From contig NC_089434.1 of NCBI RefSeq assembly GCF_026210795.1, positions 2,170,001 through 2,234,000 of the forward strand: DNA of 64,000 bases. The letters run 5' to 3'. Positions 1 to 13,805 of this stretch are shown in pieces; position 1 is the first letter of the stretch, and every line of letters begins with the position of its first letter. This DNA is from Rhizophagus irregularis (Eukaryota). Position numbers and translations under genes: made by a program. A model generated the notes under the pieces. That model was not told the DNA's origin. It saw nothing but the letters and a program-made list of their open reading frames with translations, and searched no databases.

Positions 1-1461
1 AATCAGACTGCTAAATTAAAAATTATTTGCACAATATGTTTTTACCCTTCAGGATTAATTAAGGTTATACTATGTCATAAATTGATTTATATGAAACACT
101 AGTTACCAGTTTATAGAAAATCCTGAACATTTTTTATACAACTTATATTAGAATTTGCATAGAGTTTATATACTAATTCTAATCATAATTGCATATTTCA
201 AAAGTATTTTCAAAATTTTTTATCTTATATATTCTGTTTTTAAGTGATTTAGTAATTAAATTTTAGCAAATTTAGATTCATTGGATTCATCTTAATAAGA
301 TGAATCCAATGGTAGTAAAATTATATTTTAGTATTAATATTAATCAAGTTATTGCTAAAAATGCATTTTACTATATCTTTAGTTAATCACTATATAATTA
401 CATTCATTGAGACCAAAAAAAAATTGGTATAATTATAAAAATATTATATAATATAAATAAAGGGAGGTTTTTAATAAGTATATTAGTAATTTAAACTAAT
501 GTAAATATACTTATAAAAGAATCTGATTATGTTATTATATTTTTCAGGTTTATAATCTTGCATAGTCTAAACATTCAAACGAACTTGTTTCAACTTATGA
601 ATATTCTCAAAATCAAGTAATCCTTTGACAATACCTTTCTATGGAACAATTGGCAGTTTTAAGAGGTTATACATATCATATCTTGTATCCTTCTATTTTA
701 CCTGATAGGCTATAGAGTTAACTGTTTATGGTACTTTTAATTTATCTAATGATAATTTAACTAATATATAGAAAAAAATTATTACTTAATTTTAAATATA
801 TTGGTTAAATAAAATTAAACTATTTATATTATAATATTTTTGTAATTAATAAATACTTAACTGCATAAAGAAATGCCTGATTTTTTTTTATTATTATATA
901 TATAAAAACTCATTAAAACTAATAATAATTTGAAAATGTTATATTCTAATATAAATGATAATAAAAAAAAAAAATATTATAAAATAAGGTAATATTATTA
1001 ATATTATTAAACTGAATGTAATTATATTAATATAATTTATCATTAATTTTTATTATTAGTTTTAAATAAGATGATTAATAAAAAAAATAATTACTAAAAT
1101 AAAACTAGTAATAATAAAAATAAAAATAGAACCTAAAATTATAAATCCATTAAAATAATTAATTTTTTTCTATAATGTTCAAATTTATAATAATCGAATT
1201 GGCATAATAATATTTCTTTATTGCCAGAATTAACAGAATTAAGAAATTGGGTGATATATATTTTCTTGATTTTGTTTTGAAATTGCTAACTCTATTACTA
1301 CAAGAAAAATAGCTCATATTGTTAAAATGAATTACATAATAAAAAGAAAAAAAATACAAAATGTATTATATATCAAACTGGGTTAAATATTATATATGTT
1401 ATATATGGTTTTTTGGTTAGTCATACCTTGTCTTAAAAATTACCTTATTTTAACACATTAT

Positions 1462-3429
1462 CTAAGCATTGCCATTTTCTGTTGTTATAGCTGTATCATT
1501 GCCATTCTTAGTAGTCTTTTCCATTTCTTCTTTTTCTTTCTGTTCTTTTTCTTTTTGCTTTCTTCGCTCTTCTACTCTTCGAAGCGCTTCATCTGTGTCT
1601 ATTGGTTTGGCTTCGCCAAATGGATTTGGTTTGGATGATCGCGGTGCAACATTTTCATTTGGGACAGTAGCTGAACTTCGTGGTTTAAGCTCAAGTTTTT
1701 TGCGCATTGGTGGAGATGTATCAGTAGTATCAGTATCAGTTGCTGATGCACGAATATTGTTAGAGTTTTCAGCTTTCGATTCTGGTGATGGACGCATATC
1801 ATATTTTCGCACTGAATTGTATCTTTCCTCAGACTTACGCTCACGAAAACTGCTTGATCTACTATTATTAAAACCTCCACCTCTCCACTCTGTATCTCCT
1901 TTACGTTCGACCTTATCATTTCCTCCACGATCATTTCGTTCAATGCTACGATCCGTTCGATCAAACCTGTCACCACGATCACGTTCACCACGATCGATTC
2001 GATCACTTCGATCACGAAAACTACCACCACGTTCACCCCACTTGTCCTCTCTATGACCAAATTTATCATTGCCACCAAAACGATCACTTCTTGGAGAAGG
2101 AACTTGTGTTTCTCTTGGCACTTTCCGCCGCCATTCGCCAGCGGTACGATCTTCTCGCTCACGAGCTATTTATTGAATTAAAGTTTTTATAATGATTATT
2201 AAAGAAAATCATCCTAAAAATTTATCTGCTATAACCTACGTGGATCAGCCACACTAATCTTAACCGGTCTGTTTCCCAAATTCTATTACATAATAAATAC
2301 CATTAAACAATATAAAATATATTAGTATTTTTTTTTTTTTAAAAAAAAAAAAAAAAATAGAAACTATAGCAAGCGGGTTTATCAATGTAGCAGTAACTCA
2401 AAAAAATACATCTCATACCTCTCCACTCAGTTGCAGTGCTTTGGTTAATGATTCTAGATCTTCAAATTCGACATACCCAAAACCCTTTGGTTTATCATTA
2501 TCTTTATCACGAAGAATTCTAATGTTAAGAATCTAAATTATAAAATTCCAATAAGCTATTTGTCTCAATTAATAAAAATTTTACATTAAAATCGGTATTT
2601 TACCTTCGAATCAATGAAAAATTTTTTTACTTGTCCTTCAGTTAAGTCATAAGGTAAATTACCAATATGAGCCGTATAAGGTGGTGATGTAGGAAGTTCT
2701 TGGGGAATTCGCTCAGAACGAGATGAAAACCTAGATTCACGTGGTGACTCGCGAGATTCATAGCGTGAATCTACAATTATACATTTATATTTTACTTATA
2801 TATTACTATATAACATTCATTTATTTATTTGGAGAACAAAAGAAAGTACCTCTTGAATAAGTTCTTCTTTCAGAAAATCCTGATCTCCTATCCCCGAAAC
2901 CACCTTTTTGACGATCTTCGTGATCACCGTAATCTATAATATGCCATTTCATTTTTTAAATTTTCTAATCCTTTTCTTTTTTTCATATAAAATACCAGAA
3001 TTTAAATGAAAATTGATATTAAAAGTAAAGCCAATAAAATTTTAGTATTACCTGAGAATGCCGCGGCAGCTAGATAAAGCGAATGCTAACTGTTTAGATG
3101 TATGTGAACATTGTAAAATACATCAACACGCATTATATGATAAACTCACGCGCAGAGGGTAAATCTTCCATTTCATCAGCCCAAGAACCGGTTGCTATTG
3201 TTTTCAAAAATATTTTAGAGTTATTATTATTTATCAAAAGGAGGCAACAAAACTTTATATCGTACATACACTGATCTGCCAGAAATTCTGTCAAGGACAT
3301 TTTAGTGCTTTTCTTTTTCGAACCTTGAGAACCCCACGTGTGGAAAACACAGATCGTGTTAAAATAAAAAAAAACTTTGAAACGAAAAAACAAATTCTTG
3401 AATAAAACATAAGTTAGAAACTCACCCAT
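1462..3429 (-). CDS. TIF3: Eukaryotic translation initiation factor 4B (Tif3/Sce3-like), multi-exon
   Basis: Spliced reading MGSKKKSTKMSLTEFLADQ..GSWADEMEDLPSA; RRM with PPYTAHIGNLPYDL and KPKGFGYVEF; DR-rich region; C-terminal KKLELKPRS and SSKPNPFGEAKPIDT. GT-AG introns; ATG-G|gtgag at 3429; stop at 1462-1464. Confidence 0.92.
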
Positions 3430-4408
3430 ATTTAATATTACGAAGATGTTAAAATTATAGAATATCGCGCTAATAATAATCAAAAAAAAAGGATGCAGAG
3501 AAAGCTTGCTTTTTTTTTTTGTAAATCCGTTTCAAGTTGCACACCGTTTTGGTGGCTGAGATGAACGCACATTATGTACGAAGGTAATTTACATGATTTA
3601 TCACGTGATATTAGTGATCAAAAATTTGTAAGAAAAGATCATCGATCATCGCATTGTAATCATGTGATCTGATAATACAGATAAAGGATTTATTGTAAGT
3701 TGTACTTTAAAATTAAATAATAAATTCTTTATATAATTTTTTTTTTTTTAAATGTTGAATCATGTATCATTTTATTAGAATATATTTGACTACATAATAA
3801 TCACAACTATTCTGTAAATGATACTTCCAGCTCCTGGCCAGTCTGATCAAACATTAATTATTATGTCACAAATAAATTAAGAATAAAATTAAATAGTAAA
3901 AGTAAATCAAAATAATTAAACCTATACTATAAATTAAAATTAAACTAAAAAGAAAAATAAAAGTAAAATAAAATAAAATTATAAATAAAATTATAAATAA
4001 GAATAAGATTAATTAATTATTATATATATATATATTTTTTTTTTAAATATTATTCCAATAATTTTTTGCTACCTTATCAAACTTCTTCTTTATTGGGATC
4101 CAATCTTCACATATGTATTTCTTTATAAAGGTATCCATTAATTTCTTTACCAAAGGAAATAAATTCTTTATATAAAAAATTCTTTATTTAATAAAAGAAT
4201 TATGAGATAAAATACTTGTTAAATATTAAATCCATTGTAAATGAAAAATAAATTTTTTTTTATTTTTTTTTTATTTACTCTCATAGGAATTGATATTTAA
4301 TTATAGTAAAAAGAAATGAAAAATAAATAAAGTAATATACTACCAACCAATATACAGATATATATACTGTATTTATATAAAAAAAAAACAAAAAAAAATT
4401 ATTACTAT

Positions 4409-4575
4409 TAGGGCAGTGACAGATATTACCTAATATTCTAGGGGAAGGGGGTAATTGAAAATTTTAGGTTACATATACTATATAAGAAAATTATATATAT
4501 AATATATCTTACTTGGGAGAGGAGGGGTAAGCTCTTATAATAAACTGATATTAGGTAATATCTGTCATTATCCTT
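4409..4575. mobile_element. hAT-like MITE
   Basis: TIR core tgacagatattacctaatat / atattaggtaatatctgtca; 8-bp TSD attactat on both sides. Confidence 0.75.
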
Positions 4576-4828
4576 ATTACTATAAAGTATATTTTTACAG
4601 TTCTTTTAATAATAATAATCAATATTTTTACACTTTTATATTAAAAATAAGGTATTGCTAAATCTTACTAGTAGTGATTATTACTATCAGTAATTATTAT
4701 TATTTAATTTTATTTAAATTATAATTTTAGTTTGAATTAAAAAATACTAATTGCAAAATTTTAATTTAAATATTAATATTAATCTTCTCAATTTTTTTTT
4801 ACCTATATATTCCTTTTATTTTAACTTT

Positions 4829-4937
4829 CACAGGTCAAAAAGTGAAAAATCAGGCATCAATCAGTCACCAATCAGGTAGCTGATTGGTGACCGATTGGTG
4901 ACTGATTGATGCCTAATTTTTCACTTTTTGACCTGTA
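4829..4937. mobile_element. CACTA/CMC-type palindromic MITE
   Basis: Near-perfect foldback cacaggtcaaaaagtgaaaaat...atttttcactttttgacctgta, flanked by ttt/ttt. A degraded relative lies near 37070-37216. Confidence 0.75.
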
Positions 4938-5299
4938 TTTTTTTTTTGCATTTTTAGCAAAATTATTATTTAAAAATAAAATTAAAAACCTAACTTCAAG
5001 ACATTTATACATAAGCTAGATTTGGCTAGATAAAATTTTAGATTTTCTGCATAATCAAACAGTTTAGAAATTTAGATTACTTTGCTCTTTTAAACTTAAA
5101 TTCTAGAATTTACTTTTTTGAATAGTTAGTTAAACTTATTTTTTGGATTTAAATTGAAATATAAGAAGAATTTTAGATATAACTTTAAATTAGTTTTTTA
5201 TTTAGTAATATTTTTTATTTATTGTATTGTTTTCTTTATCTCAATAAAAAGTATTTATATTTAATATCTACTTTACAGAAACCTTAAATTTTTAAACAA

Positions 5300-5940
5300 T
5301 ACCGAATTGATATAGTAATGATGTTAAATATATATCGTAATAATATTTATTTGCAAATGATATCATTATGATATTGCAATGATATCATTTCAATATTAAT
5401 TCAATATATCGAAATGATATCGTAAAGATATTTGCTTAAAGAGATATTAGATCGATATCATCTCGATATTGTTATAACAACAATAATTTTTTTGAAAAAT
5501 AGGAAATAAATATGATATTAATAAGATATCATTTTAATATTAATTCAATATTAATATGACATCGTAAAGATATCACTTTATAATTATCTAATCAACATCA
5601 TATCGACATTAACAAAATAAAAAATCGATGCCATTTTGATATTGTTAAAATAATAATAAATTTTTTAATAAATGCAATATCAATATAATATTATTTTAAC
5701 ATTAATTCAGTATCAAAACAATATCGTAAAGATATCACTTTATAATTATCTAATCGATATCTTATTGATATCGACAAAATAGCGAATCAACATCATTTTG
5801 ATATTGTTAAAATAATAAATTTTTAAAAATGTAGTATAAATTTTATATATTGATATAATATTGTTTCAATATTAATTTAGTATCAAAAAGATATTATAAA
5901 GATATTATTACTTTTAAAATATTAATATCGTTAAATTCAA
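5300..5940. repeat. Degenerate tandem repeats rich in gatatc/atcgat palindromes, probably a TE subterminal region
   Basis: Recurrent atcgtaaagatat and caatattaattca units at roughly 150-180 bp spacing. Boundaries approximate. Confidence 0.55.
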
Positions 5941-6194
5941 TTTTATAATATTTTAATAATATGTAACTTAATTTAAAAGTTAATTTAAATAGATCAAAGT
6001 TATTATTATTTATTACAATAACAATTTTAATTAGATACAAATAAAGTATGTATTAATTCAAACTGAATGTTATACAACAGATCAATAATTCTATAATAAA
6101 TTAATTCAATAAATTAAAAGCATAAGTTAAATACAATAGGAATTTAAAAAATTAATGATTGTAAGTCAAAACATTATGCTTTAATACTCAAGAA

Positions 6195-6714
6195 TCATAA
6201 TTCATCAACCCAAAGTTGAGGATTAACTGAATACCTTGCTTTAGATTCAGCGACACTGCCCAAATTGGATAGAATGTCACAGGTACGCTTTAAGAAGACT
6301 CATTATGATTCTCTTGTAAAAAAGATAAGTATATTTGAAAATACCAATATGAATTCACCTTAGAAGTTTGGCGGAAAACCTCTATAAACAACTGCAGTTT
6401 CATCATTACCAAAATCATTGAACTTAGGGATATAATGAAAAAGTTCATGAGAATGACGGCTTTAAAAAAAAAATACAAATATATTCTCAATTTTGATAAT
6501 ACACCCTTATTCTTTGGCCTGGAATTCTCATATGACTAAATTATTGTTGTTTATAATTTGATCCATTGAATCCACCATAAATTGCCAGGCAAAGCGAACT
6601 TTTATTAGACAACCATAGCTTCATCAACAAACGTTGCAATGTGTTTAGACGAATGACAACCTGTTTAATAAATTTTAAATGGGCAAATGTGGTCCTAAAA
6701 CCCATTATAAGGTA
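6195..6714 (-). pseudogene. Degraded coding fragment of unknown family
   Basis: Protein-like frame (..HELFHYIPKFNDFGNDETAVVYRGFPP..LSNLGSVAESKARYSVNPQLWVDEL*) broken by several stops and cut at 6715 by an AGGACCCC element end. Confidence 0.35.
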
Positions 6715-8245
6715 AGGACCCCAAATATCTCCAAAACAGGTCATAAGTCACAATTTTGGTTTAACAAAGCTGCGCTTGAATTCTATTAATTTTTGCCACA
6801 AGTTACTTTAGAGAATACCAGGTATTCAAAAAAGAACTGCAACAAAGTGCAGAACTAATTAATACAAGAACAATAATCTTCTGAGAAAAATACATAAAGA
6901 AAAATGCAAGATTATAAACCCAACATCCTCTCTATATAAATAACTATGGCTACCCCCAAATTATATCTCAAACCCGGTAGAATCGACTATACTATACGTA
7001 TCCAGCGAGACCCCCGTTACATTTAAAGATTGAAGAATCCTAATGCCAAATACTATTAGCGCTATTAAAAATACACAAAATTCAATTTTCCCTATTTGAC
7101 TACATACTATGAATAACAAACCAAACTGCAGGGAACTTTTTAGTGTCGTGTAGGCAGCTGCTAGGGGAATTTTTTAGTGTCATGCCATTTCAAACGATCC
7201 CTAACGGAGGACACCCACCTCATTGCGAATGATCCTTTGGCCTAAGATCTACCTAGATAAGTCAATCCAATGATAGTTCAACATGTGACCACCTTAATCG
7301 GCATACTACAAAAACTGCGGTACTCAACCTGTTACCTTTCTTATCACCCGAGTGATCATTGATTTTGAAATTGTAATACCAAGCTACCATGACGATCAAA
7401 TTTTCCAGTATCCCCCCACCCAAAGAAAATAAGGTTACACCAAAAAAAGTGACCAAGAAAAACAAAAAGCAAAAATAAAAACATAAACCTCAGGAAAACT
7501 CGAAGTGCAATGAGAAAAACCTGAGTAAAAAACACCAAACATACATCTCAACTCCGTCTCCTTATTTTAGAAGACTAAAACTCCCATTAACAACATCAAC
7601 TAGCAAGAAATACATTGGTCAAAAGCTCCTTTCAAGAAATAACGGTCCAGCCTGCGAACCACTTGGCCAGTTAGACTTTAAAGGCGTAGGAACTAAGACG
7701 CACTACTTTTTAACCTTTCAGAAAGCCCAGGGGAACGTTCGTATGGAACTGCCATCTTACATTATTATTGGTAACTCCAAAACTCATGATAACGGTCCTA
7801 ACTCAATATAAGCTGTAAGGAGTTTGAGCAAAACTAAAAATCTCGGTAATAACTTCATATAACGTCGAAAAGTCTTTTTACTATCACTCAAGGCAAAAAA
7901 TCCTCATATTTTTCATCCATATCTTTTTGGAAAAAAATGGGCAGAGCCTAACGGGAGAGAAAGTATGATGATCCCTAAGTCACACTTTCGGGCAAACATG
8001 GTATAGCAGCCTTTATCTTTATTAATTATTTATCAAACTTTACAAAATTACATATAAGAAAAAGAAAATAAAATAAAAACTAACTAAAAATAAAGCTATA
8101 TAGTCTCCTAGAAAGAAATTAAAATTAAAAGAAAATTCAAAAGAAAAATCGCTAATACTAACACTTTCCAGATCTCCTCCCTTAATATATTCCAACTAAA
8201 GTAGAAGCAACTATGCTAACATAATAACGAATAACGCGCCCACTA

Positions 8246-11200
8246 TTAAAATTGACACTCCATCCTACAAAAGCGGTTATTAAGTAGCACCGTTAGATGA
8301 TCCATAAAACCCGAAATATGATCAAACCAAGATAATCTATATCGCATCGAGTTTTTTAACCAATCGGTTCCAGAGTCACGTGAATTAACATGGGTCGGAG
8401 GTGGTAAAGACGAGTATGGTAAATAAGAAGATTTGGACAAACCTTTAGGCCTTGGAGATTGTTTAAGTTTTGAAGTAATGTTTATCACATGTTTCCATAA
8501 TCCTTTATCATACGAACGCGAATTCAAAATTCGTTTACGAAATTTGTTGATAAAATTGTTATGTATGGCGGCAACCACATTTATGGCAGTGAGGCGAGAT
8601 ATACCTAAATTTTCAAAAGTTTCCAGAAAGGCAGTAGGCAAACAACCACAGACCAGACTATATGAGGACCAGTTACTAGACGAAAAAGTCCAACAAGGGA
8701 GGGAGGTAATTCTATCAAATTGAAAAGAATAATCACAACTGGCATTATCTCCCGCTTCTTTAAGTTTTTGGGTAAGGTGGTGAAGGTACGAGGTTAGAAG
8801 TTAATGTAATTTAGTATGACGCTTTTTGCACAAAAATAAGTGTATAAAATCTTCTAAGTGATCTTCACAAGAGCGATAGGTTAAAATCTCTACGTATAAA
8901 TCAGGTCGTGTCCTTTTCAATGATTCCAAAGTGGGTAAATCTTCCAGGAAAAGTTGAAATTTTAGAGTGTGATGTCTAGAGACATTCTCCTTGGTGAAAG
9001 AATTATCAAATTTAGGTTGGAACATTAATGTATGCCAGGTAAGAGCCCAATCAACCATATATTGAGATGAATCCGTAAGGAGAGAAATAAAACAGAAGCA
9101 AGAAAGCTCTAAAAGGTCTTTCATATACAACATTTGGTGATATTGTTTAAACAGATGTCTTAGGTTGGATTTACAGATCACGTCATCATAATTCAAAATA
9201 TAATCATGAACTGCAGCGAGATCAAGACGGGAGATAAGAACAGCGTCTTCAGATGTATGGGCAGTATTGGCAAGAGAATCAGCAAAGTCATTCCAATAAA
9301 AATTTGAGTGAGCTTTAACTTTGAAAGGCAGAACTGAAAGATTTTTATCAACAATCAGCTTTTGAATAATAGCCCAAAGTTCAAAATTGGTGGTCTTATA
9401 ATAAAGACGGGAATCTGAGTAATCAAATAAGAAACAATGTTTCAAACTCTCAATAGAAGATTGTGAATCTGTGTAGATATAAACAACAGAATTTGCAGGA
9501 GAGGCTGATAAAGCAGCATAAATAGCAGCAACTTCAGCACGTAAAGAAGAAGGCCAATCGTGAATGATACCGCATTTGTAAGTGGCAATAGAATTAAGAA
9601 AGCCAGAATCTTTGACAATTTGAACCCAGCTCCAACCCATAGAGACATCTTTAGATCCTAAATTAATAAAAGAACCATCAGTGTAAAAAATATAATGTGA
9701 GTCTGAAGAAGGCACAACCGATGATGATGTAGCAACATTGCCAGCCGTGAGCAAAGGAGGAACAGATGGAGCCATGTAAATGGTATCAATGGAAATATTG
9801 GGAGTATCAGCAGCAAGTACTGAGCGAACTGAGAGGATACAGTTTGAAGTAACAAAATCCATGATTTCACCCATGACACTATGGCAGATAAACAGAATGT
9901 GTGACTCGTAATAGATGATTTCTTCATAGGTAAAATCCATGAGTGACGAAGATAGGCCGAATAGGAGCAAGACACAGAGCTAGTAGCAACAGATTTCTTT
10001 GAGTAGGAAGATTTATTTATATTCAAGTTGCAGCCAGGACAAGGTTGTAGAGTAATCAAGTCGCTTGGACAAGATAAGCAGTCTGAAGTCCAATGTACAA
10101 TAGTACAAGTGGAATGCTTGGGTTGGATCTGAATCTGTTTACCGAATATAGGAAGGCCATCATCATTCATCGTGATAATCCAATTCTTCTTATAACCAAG
10201 AGGAAAAGTACAAGGAGCAAGTTCTTTTGCAAGCTGGCTCACAGGGCGTTGTTCAGTCATAAATCGCTCTTGCAATAAACCAGGTTGATTCAGGATGGTA
10301 ACATTAAAAGAGAGATTCTTGTACCAATTAGGTATACATGCTGCCCAAATTATTTTTGGATGCTATAATTATAATTTGGGATGCCATAATTCATTCGGTT
10401 TATATATAATTTACTATGTAAAGTGCCAAAATAATTTGGGATGCTATAATTGAATTTGGGATTTTACTTATAATTACGGCAGTCCAAAATAATTTGGGTG
10501 GCATGTATACAATTAGGTACACAGGCATTACCACGTTTTTGAGTAGAGTTAGTATAAATAACAGACCAAGAGAGCAGATGAGTTCCCTGGGGTGATAAAA
10601 GTTGCGACAAATAAAATAAACCACGTCGTCGAAGTCGAGTCAAATTGGTCTTGAACATATCCAGAGATAGGCATTGATATATCGGAATATGACCATTAGG
10701 ATAAGTTAAATCAGGCACAAGTGACAAATTAGCGCGTGACAAATGGAAGGGAGTGGTGATCAGGGAGGCTAAAGTATTAGCGATATAATCTTGTTTAAAA
10801 ATATTGAGAGAAGACCAATAAGACCAGTCTTCAATTATCAAAGGAGAAATAGTAATTAAACAATAAAATTGAATAAACCGCAACCTATAATTAAAAAGAG
10901 ATTTCATAAAAAGGGAAAAAGAATTTGCTAATAAAAATAAATTAGTAAAATGACTCTGTTGTTGAAATGAAAATAAATTGATCAAACCCAGAGCTAGAGA
11001 TAAATTTAACACCACATTAGGAACAGTACGTGATAATTTAGCCTTGTGTTTAATCAAGGCACGAACTGAAGAAGTAATAGTGGAGCATTCAGCCTCAGAT
11101 AAATGCGTGACTTGCATTCGATAATCCAATTTCGGAATCAGAATAGTATTATAAAGATATACCACTTGTTGAACAGTCAATTTTGCAGGGTGAAGAGTTG

Positions 11201-13526
11201 CAGAAAAAGAAGTACATTCTCGTTTAAGTTGTTGTCAGATAAAATTCCTAGAGCTGTTAATATTAAACCAAACTCCCAAAAAACGGAAAGATGAAGACAT
11301 AGGGATAGGAGTAACAGTAATGTTGGGAGTAATGTTAAGTGACGAAGTCATTAAATTAAAGGCTATAGGAGATAAATCTCGAGAAGCGGCAACTGCATTG
11401 GTGGCTAAGACATATTTATTATGGTTGGTTGAAGTATTGTTTAAACAATAAAATTCTTCAGTAATAAACAACATATGTTCCATTCCTTCTTTAGAAGAAG
11501 AGATCAAAGTAGAATCATCCATAAACACCAAATTATTAATTTCTAGAACATCAAGAGAGCAAGAATTTGATAAAACAGCATAAGAAGCCATTGGAGAAAC
11601 CAAACGATAAGAGTCTTTCTTCTCATTTTTGAGAGTTGTAAGCAAAGGGTCTAAATAAATAACCCATAAAAGCGGAGAGATAACTTCACCTTGGTCTATT
11701 CCAATTCTAACTCTATATGGCGGAGTAGGGCCATGTGCAGTAATAACACGATTAGAACGTGACATAAATAAAGAGAGTAAGAATTGAATAGCATTTTGTG
11801 GTAGGCGTAAGCGTTGAAGAGCAAAACGCAGCATGAATAAATCTACAGAATCAAATGCTTTCGAGATGTCTTGAGAGAGGATCCATAAGGGTTGTTTAGT
11901 AATGACTGAGTCATGGATGATGGATTCCAGAGTAATAATAAGATTACGGCAGGAACCTTCAGGTAAACCTGCAAAATTACCACCTTGAAGAACATGGTGG
12001 GAGGCAAGCAGAACTGCGAGACGATTGTAAAAAAGCTTAACCAAGGCCTTGCGAATTACCTCCAATAAAGTAATAGGACGTGTATTTTTAAGTTGGCATT
12101 TCCATTCGTGCGGTTTGGGAATAGGAAAGACAGTAGCTTGTCTCCATAAATCTGGAATATTTGCGTCTGATAAACAGGCGCAAATTAAGTTGAAAAGCAG
12201 AGCAGAAGCAGAAGGACCTAGGTGTTTTAACATCTCATATGAGATCATAGAGGGTCCTGGGGCTTTATCATTATTAGGCATGAAGGAAATTGTTGAAGAC
12301 CATTCGTCAAGGGTAGGAGGATCCATAAGCGAATCAAAAATATCTGGAGAGACATCAGCAAGTGGCGCATAAGCATTAGACCATCGTTCAGGTAAATCCT
12401 GTATGGAAAAAGGAGGAGTGGAAGTAATTGGAACAAAATTTTGAAAATGTCCAATAACCTCTTGATCAATGGCATCTGGAGAAGTCAACAAAGTAGAGTG
12501 TGTTGAATGATCAATAAAAACACGATCAAGGACGATTCTCTGTCTAGTCCGTGACAAAGCAGAATCAATAAAGGTGGAAATATCATTGGTGAAATTGTCA
12601 TTCCGAGCATCAATTTTAGCTTGAATAGAGGAAGCTTGAAATTCTTTCTCTTTGAGCAAAAGTAAGCTTTGCAAAAGCAAAGTCATATTTTCTAACATTT
12701 GAAGCAATTTAGCAAAATCATCAAATCTTTCATCTCGAAGAATAGAAGGAAGAATAATAGGCGTAACAAAAGTTTGTTTATAAAGAGATAATATATTGTT
12801 AAGACGTATATAATATGAAGACCACTTGGTTTCATAATGCATAGAGTATAAGGTAAGGGTCCTATGAAGGAAACGGATAGTCTTAGCCACTTTAGACAAA
12901 AATCTATAAGACTGGCATAAACTTTCCAAGTCTTTAGGCTTCTTTGGAATATAAATATTGCCCACAGTAACTGAAGGCAATGTGGAATTAGCGGCTTTGA
13001 TAATCCTAAAATGAAGATATTCACACTTCTGATTGAGAGGCCAAGCGTCAAAAACAAGTGGATCAATTGGACATAATTTATCCAAATCATCAGCAAAAGC
13101 AGTCCACTGTTCAGTAGAAGTAGAATCATATTTAAAAACACGTCGAGTATTATGACCAAGTTGACGAGCTTGTGCAGATTTAATAGCATCTGATAATAAT
13201 AAAGCATCAAAATATGTAATAATAGGGTTGTGGTCAGAAATGTGTAAATCATGAGCATCAAAAATAGATGCTGTTAACATATATTGACGAAGGAGTGGAC
13301 AAGACCAAACAAAATCAATGCGGGTAATAGTATCCAAATGGTGATAAGTACCTAAGGTACCGGATAAATTAAAAGGGGTGCAATCCTCATAATTATGAGA
13401 AAGCAAATAATGAAATAATCTGTGAATACGTTTAGCAGCAACCTGAGGTTGGTGCAAAAATACAGGGTAATATTTCTCCAGATTCATATTAAAATCACTG
13501 CAAATAGCATGATAAAAATTTTGTGA
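8246..13526 (-). mobile_element. Non-LTR retrotransposon (LINE) ORF2: truncated APE endonuclease, RT, RNase H and C-terminal Zn finger; frameshifted
   Basis: EN C-terminal motifs ICSDFN, TRIDFVW, SDHNPI; RT motifs KAPGP, RPITLL, QDISKAFDSV, GIDQGEVISPLLW, FMDD, FRFLGV; RNase H motifs FYTDGS, RAEVAAI, IYTDSQ, KVKAHS, NDFADSLA; (C)RSC..EDFIHLFLC. A putative 3' UTR continues toward about 6800. Confidence 0.93.
10333..10509. mobile_element. hAT-like MITE inserted in the LINE
   Basis: TIR tatacatgc..cccaaattattt; 8-bp TSD caattagg. Removing it restores the LINE frame ACVPNWYK. Confidence 0.88.
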
Positions 13527-13805
13527 CACAGGTAGAAAGCTGACCAATCGGGTACCATCCCGATTGGTCACTTTTTTTTAAATAGTCATTTAATTTGTTC
13601 AATAGTTAGAAATTGGTGTAAACTTTCGATCAGGTACCAATCAGGTTATTACCCGATTGATAACTATTGTTTAGTTTAAATTTAAAATTACCAATTTTAT
13701 AATTTATAAATTTATAAACAATGTTTTAATTATATTGAAACTAAATTTATTAATCAGTATTACTAGAAATATGAATTTACCGATTTAAAACTAATCATAA
13801 CATTA

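Noticed and set aside
1396..2162. Overlapping ORFs of 80, 195 and 187 aa
   Set aside because: Antisense or alternative-frame shadows of the repetitive last exon of eIF4B.
13527..13571. N-terminus of the 778-aa ORF
   Set aside because: These codons belong to the CMC element TIR, not the LINE; a chance in-frame fusion.
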